From: a virus
Taxonomy: Duplodnaviria; Caudoviricetes
IMG/VR virus record: IMGVR_UViG_3300031999_000035
Span: 1 to 50,318 of that record
Strand: one strand, 5' to 3'
Length of the DNA: 50,318 nt
Part shown: piece after piece, positions 16,647 through 27,047 of the stretch
Numbering within the stretch: the stretch's first letter is position 1
Layout: each line of letters begins with the position of its first letter
The notes under the pieces: generated by a model
Told to the model about the DNA's origin: nothing
What the model saw: only the letters and a program-made list of their open reading frames with translations
Databases searched by the model: none
Program-made: the position numbers and the translations under genes

Positions 16647-16841
16647 ATGGGAGCGTCTCGAAAGTGGTATCAGAAAAAGACCAACTGGTCTATTGCTGTT
16701 ATTGTTATTAATAATCTAGTTCCAATAACAATGATAGTGCCCTACATCGGTCTTCCGTTGGTAGTTGTTGTTAATGTTATAGCAGGTGCTTTTGGTGTGT
16801 ACTCTGTTGCAGACCGTGCTGGTAAACCTCCGGAGGCATAA
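16647..16841 (+). CDS. Putative holin (2 TM)
   Basis: AAGGAG RBS; KWYQKKTNW followed by two hydrophobic helices. Confidence 0.55.
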   Translation: MGASRKWYQKKTNWSIAVIVINNLVPITMIVPYIGLPLVVVVNVIAGAFGVYSVADRAGKPPEA

Positions 16842-17101
16842 TGGCAGATCCTGAATCTGTTTTAGGTGTAGGTCTGGCCATTCTTGGAATAGGAGGTCCT
16901 GCTACTGTGGCACTATTAAGACTATGGCATAATAAGAATAGTGGGAGCTGTGTAACCCCCGGACAGTGTGACACTCGACATGAGGCCCAGGATAAACTCT
17001 TTGAGTCTCGCCTCGAGACCCTTGACCAGAAAATTGTCACCGTTGATACTAAAGTGACAACAATTCTCGCTATTGTAGAAGCAAGATGGAGGCCAAAATA
17101 A
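16841..17101 (+). CDS. Membrane-anchored coiled-coil protein (holin/antiholin/XhlA-like)
   Basis: N-terminal TM segment, VTxxQC motif, heptad C-terminus. Confidence 0.5.
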   Translation: MADPESVLGVGLAILGIGGPATVALLRLWHNKNSGSCVTPGQCDTRHEAQDKLFESRLETLDQKIVTVDTKVTTILAIVEARWRPK

Positions 17102-17463
17102 TGGACTTAGCTGGAAGATGGGATCTTGTGATTGAGCAAGGCTCAACGTTTGAAAGATACTTCAGATGGGAGGACTCCAGTGGAAGTCCTATTGATTTAT
17201 CTCCTTATTCTCTACGTATGACAATACGTGTGACTATAGGTTCTATTGAATACTATGCATCGACTGAAGGTGCTTCTGGCACTATCACTATATCTAAGCC
17301 AGGTGCAGAGGGTGTGTTTCTTATAGCTATGTTACCAGAAGATACAGAGTCCCTGGATTTCGTGCGCGCGATTTATGATGTAGAGGCATATACCGCTGGT
17401 GACGCTATTGTTTATAGAATTGTCCAAGGTAATGTGACACTATCTAGAGAGGCTACAACCTGA
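17101..17463 (+). CDS. Tail-fibre-associated beta-sandwich protein (BppU-N/LtfC-like)
   Basis: DLVIEQGSTF...PIDLSPYSLRMTIR...IYDVE...RIVQGNVTLSREAT. Confidence 0.7.
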   Translation: MDLAGRWDLVIEQGSTFERYFRWEDSSGSPIDLSPYSLRMTIRVTIGSIEYYASTEGASGTITISKPGAEGVFLIAMLPEDTESLDFVRAIYDVEAYTAGDAIVYRIVQGNVTLSREATT

Positions 17464-19307
17464 TGATTTGTGTATGTAAGATAGGTGACCCTATTCTGAC
17501 ACGTCATACTATTCAGACAAACGAGGATAATCAGCTTGTCATTATAAGGGATATTCATAGGTCTCATAGTGAGCCGCTGGATAGAGGGTGTATAAGTGAG
17601 CCTACTTCTGTTGAAGTAAGTGGTAGTTATGCAGATGTAGGTACTATTGTGATAGCACCTTCTGCAACGAATACTCGTGTGCGGACTGTATATGGCAATG
17701 TGGTGGATGACCTTGATGCACCTATAGTAGGTGTTTTAATCTCTATAACTGGTGCATACAAAGGTAGTGCTACTACAGACGCAAGTGGAGATTACACTGT
17801 CTACTTCTTATATGATGGAGATGTTATTGTCACTCCCGATAAAGACGGTTATATGTTTACCTCGTTGGAAGAAACAATAGCTGGTAGTAATGTTGAATGT
17901 AACTTTGTTGGAGAACGTGTAGTTGTGAGCGGGAATATCACTGTAGATAGTGTTCCTCTTGCAGAGGTGACAGTAAGTATGACTGGGGAAGAAGATGTAG
18001 AAACTGACGAAGATGGTGACTATTCATTTGCTCCTGTTATAGATGGTGCTAAGACGATTACACCTGTTAAGGTGGGTTATGAGTTTGACCCTGCTACACT
18101 GGAAATTGAGGTGGATAGGGAAAGTATTGCAAGTAATAATTTTGCTGCTACTCTTACAGCCTTTACTTCTATTACAGAAGGTGCAAAGGTTTTAGTAAGT
18201 AGTCCTATGAATTCGACTAATCGAGCGTTTGCATTAAGAGCGCTTTCTGCTACTTTGGGTGTGATGGTGTATTCTGCTGATACTACAACTGCACCAGTTG
18301 TACAGGCGGTTACGCTTGTGGATGGTGTAGCTACCCCAAGTGGAACAGCAGTTCCGTTTGCAACTAGTTCAGCTGATTTTGATCCTGCTGTATGGTTCGA
18401 AAATAAAGGCAGTGCATATGTAGATATCGCTGCTGTAAGTGATACTGTATTCGCAGTGCATTTAAAACTCGCTGGTCGTAATGAAGGGTATTTTAGGGCT
18501 GGATATATAAGTGCTGGTCAGGCTACTATGGCTGGTGTTGGTAGTTCCAGTCTTAATCTGTACGGAGCCATACTCGAAGACCTTTCAGGAGTCAATGGTA
18601 TTTTTGGCAAGTTTTTCCAAACAGTGACTGCAAGTAATGCAACAAGCATCAGAACACATCAAGTAAATTCAGACTATAGTCTGGAGATTGCTTTAAACCC
18701 TATAGTACTTGGAGCAGTCCCAAGTGGAACTGTATTTCCAGGGTTGGCACTTGTGAAGGCAAGTACATCTCGTTGCTTGGTCATCTTTGACGATTATGTA
18801 GATGCTACCCATGTATTCACTGCTGTTGATGTTTATGATGATGGTGTAGGGACTCTTGCTCTCGGAACCAAGCTTGTGTTATATGCTGGAAGTTCCAGTG
18901 GACTTGTAAGATTATTGGACGTCGCTATTCCAACATGTATAGCTTTTTATACGGCAGCAGGTACGGGTGGTACTAGGTTTGCACTACGTAAGTTGACCTT
19001 GCTTGAAGACCACACAGTTACAGTAGGTGACCCTGTTGGTGTGGAGACTGTAACCAGTGGTTATCCAGGTCTTATTAAAGTATCAGAATATAATATGGTA
19101 GGGTCTTATCGTTATACAAGTGCTGGCACATTCAAACTGTTTTTATGTGATGATACTCCAGCATTAGTTGGAAGTGTAATATCAGGTAATGGTGCTGCTG
19201 CTATTAGTGTTGGTTGTGTACTGAGTGCACTTGGCTCTACTCCAGTAGCTATGTTTGTCGATACAGCAAGTGGTGATGGATATTTGCAGACTTTTGTTTG
19301 TGCGTGA
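17463..19307 (+). CDS. Putative receptor-binding/tail protein with two carboxypeptidase-regulatory (Cna-B-like) Ig repeats and a beta-rich C-terminus
   Basis: TTDASGDYT..VTPDKDGYMF and ETDEDGDYSF..ITPVKVGYEF repeats; propeller-like C-terminal region. Confidence 0.6.
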   Translation: MICVCKIGDPILTRHTIQTNEDNQLVIIRDIHRSHSEPLDRGCISEPTSVEVSGSYADVGTIVIAPSATNTRVRTVYGNVVDDLDAPIVGVLISITGAYKGSATTDASGDYTVYFLYDGDVIVTPDKDGYMFTSLEETIAGSNVECNFVGERVVVSGNITVDSVPLAEVTVSMTGEEDVETDEDGDYSFAPVIDGAKTITPVKVGYEFDPATLEIEVDRESIASNNFAATLTAFTSITEGAKVLVSSPMNSTNRAFALRALSATLGVMVYSADTTTAPVVQAVTLVDGVATPSGTAVPFATSSADFDPAVWFENKGSAYVDIAAVSDTVFAVHLKLAGRNEGYFRAGYISAGQATMAGVGSSSLNLYGAILEDLSGVNGIFGKFFQTVTASNATSIRTHQVNSDYSLEIALNPIVLGAVPSGTVFPGLALVKASTSRCLVIFDDYVDATHVFTAVDVYDDGVGTLALGTKLVLYAGSSSGLVRLLDVAIPTCIAFYTAAGTGGTRFALRKLTLLEDHTVTVGDPVGVETVTSGYPGLIKVSEYNMVGSYRYTSAGTFKLFLCDDTPALVGSVISGNGAAAISVGCVLSALGSTPVAMFVDTASGDGYLQTFVCA

Positions 19308-20707
19308 GGATTGTTATGGCTACACCTATTGTTATGACTTTATCAATAAGCAATAGATTATATAGGACTACTAGCGGTAGATATAGTATGCCTGTATGTG
19401 ATGCATGTAATTCATGTGAGGTACAAGTCTGGGCAACTTTCATTAGTGATAGTGTTCACGTAGATGCAAAGATAATATCAGGGAGTCGGACGTCCGAGGG
19501 AGTAGATTATGCACGACCTGGAGAGCATATAAAATGCTTTCTTACTTTTACTGCAACTAGACCAGCATTTAAGAAGTATGACCCAGCTACCAAAACTGTA
19601 ATAACGGTTCCGGCTGTAACAGAGACATATACTAGGGAGACAATAAGAGTTGATGTACCTATAGCATGTGCAACTCCCTTTACTTCACCTGCACCTTATA
19701 AGGTCGGGAGTTTTCGGGATTCTGTTATGTGGTCTATACCTTTAACTTGTAATGCCGTTGCACTGTGGTATAGAGTTGACGGAGGTGAGTGGATTGATAT
19801 ACCTTTCAGTCCTGGCGACGCGGTTGGAGAGTTGGTTTTAGACGGGCTCAGTGAGTCTGTTAATGTTGATGTTATGCAAAGTAATCAAGCAGGTAATGGT
19901 GATATAGTTCCTCTTGAGGAAGTACCCAGTGAAGGTACAGGACCAAATGATGGAGGAGGTATAGAGGGGAAGATTGTAGATCCTAACGGCAACCCTCCGG
20001 AACCTGATACTGTAATAGTGGATCTAATACCAGAAGACCCAAACCTTCCTATAGTGCATGTTCCTATTGCCCCAGATGGGACATTTGACTCTGGAGAACT
20101 TCCTGATGATACTTATGAAATTATACCAGTTTTACTTGAGCCTGTAGTTGATGCAACTAATGACCCAGTTGAAGGTCTTGCGGATGGCATTGCCGAAGGA
20201 AGTGATTACGGAGAGCCTGACGACCATGGCGATAATCCAATATATGACTCTGAATTAGGTGCAGAAGCCCCTAATGATTATGATGAGGGGCATGATGATG
20301 GATATAGTGATGGTAAAGATGCTGGTAAAGATGCCGCTGATGACGCTCATAAAGAGGGAGGCAAAGGTCCTGACTATATAGATCAATATCTTGATGGATT
20401 CATGGAAGGCTATGAGGATAATCATGGAGTGGGAGACCCAGAAGACTATGGTGATGGATACCCAGAGGATTATGTGGATGGCTATGCAAGTGGATTTGCA
20501 GCGGGTTATCATGATGGTTTTAAGCATGTCTTTAAGCTTAGTAGTCCGCCTTTTAATATGCCAGTATGCGCACCTGGAATAGTATATTCTTATATAAGAG
20601 TTAGAAAACAGAATGCTGATGATAGAGTTATTGGTACTAATGCGACCCTAAAGGGCTGTGGATGTGACAAGCGTGATGTTAGGGCGCTAACAAGGTTTAT
20701 TTACTAA
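19298..20707 (+). CDS. Hypothetical virion-associated protein with acidic G-x-x-x-G repeats
   Basis: Ig/FN3-like segment; YDEGHDDGYSDG and YVDGYASGFAAGYHDG repeats. Confidence 0.6.
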   Translation: MCVRIVMATPIVMTLSISNRLYRTTSGRYSMPVCDACNSCEVQVWATFISDSVHVDAKIISGSRTSEGVDYARPGEHIKCFLTFTATRPAFKKYDPATKTVITVPAVTETYTRETIRVDVPIACATPFTSPAPYKVGSFRDSVMWSIPLTCNAVALWYRVDGGEWIDIPFSPGDAVGELVLDGLSESVNVDVMQSNQAGNGDIVPLEEVPSEGTGPNDGGGIEGKIVDPNGNPPEPDTVIVDLIPEDPNLPIVHVPIAPDGTFDSGELPDDTYEIIPVLLEPVVDATNDPVEGLADGIAEGSDYGEPDDHGDNPIYDSELGAEAPNDYDEGHDDGYSDGKDAGKDAADDAHKEGGKGPDYIDQYLDGFMEGYEDNHGVGDPEDYGDGYPEDYVDGYASGFAAGYHDGFKHVFKLSSPPFNMPVCAPGIVYSYIRVRKQNADDRVIGTNATLKGCGCDKRDVRALTRFIY

Positions 20708-20718
20708 AGGAGTTGAGA

Positions 20719-21054
20719 ATGGCGACAGCAACTAAAGCATCAAAGAGACGAGTTGTTCTACAGGAAGTTATGCGTCTTGTAAACCAGATGGTATCAATTA
20801 ATGAGATGGTCTATCAGCAGGATGTATCACTTAACAAGACATCGTTGACCTCTGGAGATCTTACAGACTCGTGTAATGCAATTCTGGCGGGTATAGGTCC
20901 TGCCACTACGACAACGGGTGGTGGCGCTACTATTGCAGACAAGATTGTTGGGATTCTCCATGACAATGCAGGTGGGGATGGAGATGGTCATGTATCTGTG
21001 GATGACTCTGCCGGTAATCCTTACTTTCTAACCAATGCTCACCTTGCGGAGTAA
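20719..21054 (+). CDS. Hypothetical protein (paralog of 21059-21331)
   Basis: AAGGAG RBS; similar to the next ORF. Confidence 0.7.
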   Translation: MATATKASKRRVVLQEVMRLVNQMVSINEMVYQQDVSLNKTSLTSGDLTDSCNAILAGIGPATTTTGGGATIADKIVGILHDNAGGDGDGHVSVDDSAGNPYFLTNAHLAE

Positions 21055-21058
21055 CTAA

Positions 21059-21331
21059 ATGGCTGCTGTAGCTATAACAACAAGCTCTCGAGACACGATT
21101 CTTCGTAAGGTCAGAGACCTTGTGGATGAACTCATCGCTGTTAATAACAGGGCGATTGAGTGGGATGCAGAGATGGATGATTTGAGCTCTACTGAGGCTA
21201 CCACTATCGACGCGCTTCTAGCAGGAGGCACAAGCATGGCGGCTCAAATCAGCGGAATTCTTGCGGGCTCGGTCACTGTTCTAGTCAACAACGTGGCGAC
21301 GACACTAAGCTGGACTCACACAGAAGGATAA
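21059..21331 (+). CDS. Hypothetical protein (paralog of 20719-21054)
   Basis: GGAG RBS; similar to the previous ORF. Confidence 0.7.
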   Translation: MAAVAITTSSRDTILRKVRDLVDELIAVNNRAIEWDAEMDDLSSTEATTIDALLAGGTSMAAQISGILAGSVTVLVNNVATTLSWTHTEG

Positions 21332-21356
21332 CTCCTACCAAAAATTGGTAGGAGTA
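21330..21356. repeat. 27-bp dispersed palindrome, copy 5
   Basis: AACTCCTACCAA-AAA-TTGGTAGGAGTA; overlaps the upstream TAA and abuts the terminase RBS. Confidence 0.92.
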
Positions 21357-21364
21357 AGGAATAA

Positions 21365-22885
21365 ATGGAAACTAATCTCTACATGCCTGTTGGAATTGAT
21401 GCCGAGACTGAAGAAATTCTCCTTCGGGCTTATAAAGACACTGCTTATTTCTGTAAGGTCTTTATGCCGAGGACTTTCACGAGACCATTCTCGAAGGCTC
21501 ACATGGCTGTTTTCAAGGCTCTTGACGATGATAGTATTCAGAAGCTTGTCATCGCCCTTCCGAGAGGTTGGGGAAAGACTTCTATTATCAACAAGGCTTA
21601 TCCGGCTAAGAAGATTCTCTTTCAGGATCGCCACTACATAGTTCCAATCAGCGCAACAGGCTCTAGCGCGATTGAGTTCTCTGAGAATCTGAAGAGTGAG
21701 CTACTTACAAATACTGACATCACTGACATCTTTGGGCCTATTCGCTCAAGAGCTATTGGTGATGAGCAGGGCTCCTTCAGCACTATCGAGTGGGTTACAG
21801 ACAGCGGAATTAAAGTACTTCCTCGAGGTGCAGGTCAGCAGATTCGGGGTAGAATCTTTAGAGACCATCGCGTTGACTTGTTTATAGTTGACGATATTGA
21901 CGATGATGAGGCAGTAGAGAGTGAAGAAAGAAGGGGAAAGCTAAAAGACTGGTTTATGAGTGCCCTAAGAAATACTGTTGATTACAGTCAAAATTGGCGT
22001 ATTATAGTGGTTGGAACTGTTCTTCATGAGGATAGTTTACTATCCAACTTGCTCGACCCGAATCAGTTTACCAGTTGGACTAAGCTTCGTTTTGAACTCT
22101 GTGATGATAATTATAAGAGTAATTGGCTTGAGTATATGACGGATGAGCAGTGCATAGCGCTAAGAGACGAGTATGACAGTGCTGGGATGCTAGCTTCCTT
22201 CTTTCGTGAGCATCGAAACCTTCCAGTTCCGACGACTGACCCAGTATTCAGGGGTATTCAATACTATGATGGTATAGTGACAGAGCAGGAGTTAAACCAT
22301 GATAGCAATGTTATCACAGCTATTCTGTGCGACCCAGCCAAGACTATGAAGACTGGGTCTGCCAATACAGCGATTGTCGCTGTTGGTGTAGATACCATCA
22401 AGAACCGCTGGTATGTGAGGGATGTAATAGAGAAACATATGAGGCCCGATGAACTCTATAACGAGATGTTCGGAATGGCTGAGCGTACTAATGCACTCAT
22501 CTTTGCTCCTTTAGTTACATCCCTAAATGAATATATCCTGCAGCCTCTCCAGAATGAGATGGGAAGAAGAGGAAGGCATTATATAATAGTGGAAGTTAAA
22601 GAGCGTCAACCAAAGACAGGGCCTAAACGGAGTGCTGGCTTGATTCCTCTGTATCGTCAGGGTCATGTCTTCCACAATAAACAAGCTTGCAGAAAGCTTG
22701 AAGATTATCTAAAGATGTGGCCTCGTCCAGCGAAATGGGATATTATAGATGCCTTAGCTGGGATGCTGTTTGTTCTTGAAGAAGGTGAAAGATACTTCAC
22801 TCCTACGGAAGACCCTAAAGATATTGAAGCTGATTATGATGAGCTGGAGAATGAACCAGCCCTTGAATATATGAGCATGGTTTAG
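21365..22885 (+). CDS. terL: Terminase large subunit
   Basis: Walker A PRGWGKTS, QIRG, Walker B LFIVDD, coupling motif VVGT, nuclease CDPA and WDIIDA. Confidence 0.93.
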   Translation: METNLYMPVGIDAETEEILLRAYKDTAYFCKVFMPRTFTRPFSKAHMAVFKALDDDSIQKLVIALPRGWGKTSIINKAYPAKKILFQDRHYIVPISATGSSAIEFSENLKSELLTNTDITDIFGPIRSRAIGDEQGSFSTIEWVTDSGIKVLPRGAGQQIRGRIFRDHRVDLFIVDDIDDDEAVESEERRGKLKDWFMSALRNTVDYSQNWRIIVVGTVLHEDSLLSNLLDPNQFTSWTKLRFELCDDNYKSNWLEYMTDEQCIALRDEYDSAGMLASFFREHRNLPVPTTDPVFRGIQYYDGIVTEQELNHDSNVITAILCDPAKTMKTGSANTAIVAVGVDTIKNRWYVRDVIEKHMRPDELYNEMFGMAERTNALIFAPLVTSLNEYILQPLQNEMGRRGRHYIIVEVKERQPKTGPKRSAGLIPLYRQGHVFHNKQACRKLEDYLKMWPRPAKWDIIDALAGMLFVLEEGERYFTPTEDPKDIEADYDELENEPALEYMSMV

Positions 22886-22893
22886 GAGGTAGA

Positions 22894-24879
22894 ATGCCAA
22901 TACCTATCAGTCCATATCCAGAGCAAGTAAGAGGCTCTGGCGCACTCCAGAATAGTGACTTTAAGTACAGATATCCTATTGGTATGAATCTGGAGCCTGG
23001 TAGCGAACTGCACGAAAAGCTGAAGGGTGAGATTCTTATCCGTGCCCGTGAGAGTCGCTCTGCTATGTCTGCTCGATACTCAAGTTGGCAAGATATAGAT
23101 GCGACACTTACTGCCTTTATTCCTCTGGATGATTATGAAGAGACATTAAGAGCTAAAGACCCACGTAAGCCTATTTCGATAGTAGTACCTCTATCATATG
23201 CTGCGCTGGAAACTATATTATCTTATCAAGTAGCAGCATTTCTTGAAAGTCCAATCTTTCGTTATACTGGCATGGGTGGAAGTGAGGATATTCTTGGTGC
23301 TATGCTAATGGAGAAGCTAATTGACTTACAGGCTAACCGTAGCTTAATGGGTCTTCAGATTCACACAATGCTTAGGGACTCTAATGCCTATGGCTTTGGT
23401 GTGTGTACACCTGTATGGTGTCAGAGAACTGGCTGGCGAAGAGTTAGACGTGAGCAAGGCTTTAACTCCATGACTGGGGATTTTATCTCTACTGGGACTG
23501 AAGTTAAAAGAGAGCAGGTTATAAGCTATGAGGGAAGTGAGCTGTATAACATTGACCCTTATAACTATCTACCAGATGTCAACTATGCTATTCAGGATGT
23601 GCAGAGGGCTGAGTATGTAGGCTGGATTCGCTCAGATAGCAGGATGAACTTACTTCGGCAGGAAACAACTGACCCCATTACGTTCTTCAACGGACGATAT
23701 TTAGAGTTCATCGGAGGGAAGAGTGCCCTCACTTCCGAGGAAACAAGTAGTCGAGACCGCTATGGTGTATCGGATGGTACTGGCTATAGCTCCACAGTTA
23801 CACACAAGATTGACGTCATTTATATGTATATTGACTTGATTCCTAAGGAGTGGGGGATAGGTCAGCATACATCAGCGGAGAAGTGGATGTTTGCGTTGGC
23901 TGGAGACCAGATTATTATAGCAGCTAGTCCTCTTGACCTTGACCATGGAATGTTTCCGGTTGTTGTATGTGCTCCAGAATTTGATGGATATAGTGCTTCT
24001 CCTATATCAAGAGTTGAGATGAGCTATGGTCTACAGAAAGCAATCGACTTTGAGTTTAACTCCAGATTTGCTAATATAAGGAAGTCTCTCAATGACATGT
24101 TTGTAGTAGACCCTCAGATGATAAACATTAATGATGTAAGAAACCCTGCTCCTGGAAAGCTCATCCGCTTACGTAAGCAAGCATGGGGAAGAGGCGTGCA
24201 GGGAGCCATGGAGCAGCTGAAGGTACTGGATGTTACAGCTAATAACTTCGCTGATGCTAGTCATATTACAGCACTCCTCGATAGGGTTATGGGGTCTGAA
24301 TCAAGTATTCAGGGCGGTATTCAAAGGCATGGAGAGCGTATAACTGCTACCGAGTTCCAGGGATATAGAGGAGCAGCCCTGACAAGGCTTGAAAGAGCTG
24401 CAAGAATAGCTGCATTACAAGCTATTAACCCTCTTGGAATGATGATAGCTTCTCACACCCAGCAGTTTATGACTCAGGAGCAGTATGTAGCAATAGCAGG
24501 AGAGTATGAGGAGGAGCTAAGAGCAGAGTTCGGAGACCAGTCCCATGTGTTAGTTGGGCCTCTTGATATAGCAGTTAACTTCGACTTGAAGATGCACGAT
24601 GGTTCGCTGCCAAGTGCTGGAGACCCAAACGCCTGGCAAATGATGCTTCAGACTATCTCCACTAACCCGCAGCTCGCTGCACAATTCGATGTAGTTAGAA
24701 TCTTTCAGCACTGGGCTCGCTTAGCTGGAGCTAAAGACCTTAGCAGATTTGTTAATCCTAATTTTAAAGTTATGCAAGATGCTCAAGTACAGCAGCAATT
24801 ACAAGCCGGTAACATTATTCCAATGGAGCAAGCAAGTGAACTGCCAGGTATGCCAGCAGTTACTAAAGGCGGAGCTTGA
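22894..24879 (+). CDS. Portal protein
   Basis: 661 aa directly after TerL; PGKLIR and TATE motifs typical of P22/SU10-like portals. Confidence 0.85.
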   Translation: MPIPISPYPEQVRGSGALQNSDFKYRYPIGMNLEPGSELHEKLKGEILIRARESRSAMSARYSSWQDIDATLTAFIPLDDYEETLRAKDPRKPISIVVPLSYAALETILSYQVAAFLESPIFRYTGMGGSEDILGAMLMEKLIDLQANRSLMGLQIHTMLRDSNAYGFGVCTPVWCQRTGWRRVRREQGFNSMTGDFISTGTEVKREQVISYEGSELYNIDPYNYLPDVNYAIQDVQRAEYVGWIRSDSRMNLLRQETTDPITFFNGRYLEFIGGKSALTSEETSSRDRYGVSDGTGYSSTVTHKIDVIYMYIDLIPKEWGIGQHTSAEKWMFALAGDQIIIAASPLDLDHGMFPVVVCAPEFDGYSASPISRVEMSYGLQKAIDFEFNSRFANIRKSLNDMFVVDPQMININDVRNPAPGKLIRLRKQAWGRGVQGAMEQLKVLDVTANNFADASHITALLDRVMGSESSIQGGIQRHGERITATEFQGYRGAALTRLERAARIAALQAINPLGMMIASHTQQFMTQEQYVAIAGEYEEELRAEFGDQSHVLVGPLDIAVNFDLKMHDGSLPSAGDPNAWQMMLQTISTNPQLAAQFDVVRIFQHWARLAGAKDLSRFVNPNFKVMQDAQVQQQLQAGNIIPMEQASELPGMPAVTKGGA

Positions 24880-25165
24880 AGATACAGATCTTAGCCATAT
24901 ATTCTCAACTATTCATGACATTGATGAGTTTGAGTCGAATAGGGTCTGGCAGGATATAAGAAATACTCTTATATCATGGCTGATTAATCGCAGAGATTCC
25001 CTAGAAATAATGGGAGAAGGCTATGAGAGAGAGGATATAACTTACATACAGGCTGAATCTCATATAATGCGATGCCTGTTAAATCTTCCAGCAGCTTTGA
25101 AAGCTAAATTAGAGGAGGTTCGTAATGAGTCAGGAAGTATTGATGGACAAGAGTCAGCAGAGTGA
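24836..25165 (+). CDS. Small helical protein between portal and scaffold
   Basis: GTG 24836 with GGAG RBS; a typical position for such a gene. Confidence 0.6.
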   Translation: MNCQVCQQLLKAELEDTDLSHIFSTIHDIDEFESNRVWQDIRNTLISWLINRRDSLEIMGEGYEREDITYIQAESHIMRCLLNLPAALKAKLEEVRNESGSIDGQESAE

Positions 25166-25976
25166 CCTAGCAGCAATGCTCGGTATTGCTCATGTTGAGC
25201 CAGAAGTGAAAGAAGGTGACACAGATGCCCAGACTTCGGAAGAGCTTGAGACGGACACTGTACAGGATGAGACACAAGATGCTGGAGGCGAAGAGCCGCA
25301 GGGCTCAGAGCCTGAGGGAGAAGAAGCGGGAGAGGGAGAGGCTGCTGCGGGGGAAGCACCAGTTGAGGATGAAAATGCTCCAGTCACTATGAAAGCCTTA
25401 AGAGAAATGCTTCAGCCAATAGTGGAGAAGATCAATGAGGCTAGAACTCAGGAGGAGCCTAAAGAAGACCAACCAGAAGCTCTTCCAGAAGTTGACTTCA
25501 TCGGTGATAGTGATATTGATGAGGTCACTACAGACAAGGTAAAGTTTAACAAGGCATTGCATAAGGCAGCAGATCATGGCTACAACAAGGCGATTGAGCA
25601 GATGCTTAGGATATTGCCTGGAATAGTAACAAAGGTTGCGGCCGTGGAAGTGCAAAATCAAGCAGCGGCGATGGAGTTCTATAGGGCAAATGACGACCTC
25701 ATTCCGCATAAGGCATCAGTCGCAAAGATATATATGGAGTTACTGAGTAAGAATTTAGGTAAAGACCCTTATGAGCTTCTGAAGGACTTAGCCCCGGAGG
25801 CTAGAAAGAGACTGAAGTTGAAGGCGAAAGGTGGAACTAACCTGTCTCTTAAGCCTGGTGGGAAGAAACCTGGCTTTGCCCCTGGAAGTGCTGCTGGTAA
25901 GAGAGGCGGAGCTCCGACTCCAACTGAGAAGGGCACTATTAAGAGCGACATTGGAAAGATGCTTAACTTGAGGTAG
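25125..25976 (+). CDS. Putative capsid scaffolding protein
   Basis: Highly acidic N-terminal half, helical middle, basic/Gly-rich C-terminus; downstream of the portal. Confidence 0.7.
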   Translation: MSQEVLMDKSQQSDLAAMLGIAHVEPEVKEGDTDAQTSEELETDTVQDETQDAGGEEPQGSEPEGEEAGEGEAAAGEAPVEDENAPVTMKALREMLQPIVEKINEARTQEEPKEDQPEALPEVDFIGDSDIDEVTTDKVKFNKALHKAADHGYNKAIEQMLRILPGIVTKVAAVEVQNQAAAMEFYRANDDLIPHKASVAKIYMELLSKNLGKDPYELLKDLAPEARKRLKLKAKGGTNLSLKPGGKKPGFAPGSAAGKRGGAPTPTEKGTIKSDIGKMLNLR

Positions 25977-25978
25977 CA

Positions 25979-26521
25979 ATGATTATTAGTCAATATAAAG
26001 TAGCTCTTAGCGATGAGCGGATGAAGGTTAAGGCATCATCACTTAGTGTTAAGAGCCTGACATCAAGTGACTCAGTCTGCATTCTTGGTAACTGTACCAT
26101 TCATGGCGCAGCAAGTTGCGATAGTCTGAGGGGCGGGAAGATAGGTTCTCCGGTGGTGCTGTCATCTCACTTAATGGACTTTCAGACCACCGATAGGTTT
26201 GTATTTCTGTCCCCAGTATTTGGGAAGGTGATAACTGCCCACTTTATACCAAAGATTTCTGATACCGGAGCTGAGATAGTAATAGGCTTCTATAACAGTG
26301 AGGGTGAGCGCGCTACATCTGAGTTTGACCCATCAGGCACTGCAGCAGACGCTGAACAGACTATTACGTTCGATACTAGAGATGCACAAGATATGCTGAC
26401 ATGCTCTGTTGGAGTTGGGTCATCTTTTGTGGCTAATGTTGATACAGTCAATGTAGCAGTGCTAACTGGTGTAATCTGCATAGAAATCCAGCCACGTATA
26501 GCAGGAGGCACATATGAATAG
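25979..26521 (+). CDS. Putative head decoration/structural beta-sandwich protein (paralog 1)
   Basis: FLSPVFGKVITAHF motif shared with the next two ORFs. Confidence 0.55.
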   Translation: MIISQYKVALSDERMKVKASSLSVKSLTSSDSVCILGNCTIHGAASCDSLRGGKIGSPVVLSSHLMDFQTTDRFVFLSPVFGKVITAHFIPKISDTGAEIVIGFYNSEGERATSEFDPSGTAADAEQTITFDTRDAQDMLTCSVGVGSSFVANVDTVNVAVLTGVICIEIQPRIAGGTYE

Positions 26522-27044
26522 CGTTGTGGACTTAGCCACTATGGGCTTTGTGCTTACTGATGATAATGATTTGATGTGCGTAAACGCAGTTACGTGTGCT
26601 GGTGCTATAATAGAGGATGATGCTTATATTAATGGAAGTGTAACCGCATCTGAGGATATCAATGTCGGTGGAAGCATCACATCAGAGGAAGATAACACGC
26701 TCTATCTATGTGGAAAACTTACAGATATTGGAACTGTGCATAACAGAGTCTACTTCATTACACCCTACCAGGGCTGTATTTCAAAGATTCAGACTGTCTG
26801 CTGGGCAGCCGTTGGTGCTAGTGGAGGGACAGTCCGAGTTATTATAGATGGTACTGATATGGCCACTCTTGATGTTACAATCGCTGACGCAGCAGCTGAA
26901 GGAGAGGTAGACTCAGCACAAAGCCTAAACAGGAGCTACGCAAGATTCTCAGTTGGTTCTCAAATAGTAGTAAATACCCAAGATGCTGTAGCTAACAACG
27001 TTGCAGCTGGTTTTGTTTTAACAGTTCATAGAACACAGGAGTAG
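26514..27044 (+). CDS. Putative head decoration/structural beta-sandwich protein (paralog 2)
   Basis: FITPYQGCISKIQTV; INGSVTA..DINVGGSI stalk. Confidence 0.55.
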   Translation: MNSVVDLATMGFVLTDDNDLMCVNAVTCAGAIIEDDAYINGSVTASEDINVGGSITSEEDNTLYLCGKLTDIGTVHNRVYFITPYQGCISKIQTVCWAAVGASGGTVRVIIDGTDMATLDVTIADAAAEGEVDSAQSLNRSYARFSVGSQIVVNTQDAVANNVAAGFVLTVHRTQE

Positions 27045-27047
27045 TAA

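Noticed and set aside
13866-20707. Diversity-generating retroelement or invertible tail-fibre cassette
   Set aside because: No reverse transcriptase, recombinase or TR/VR repeat pair was seen.
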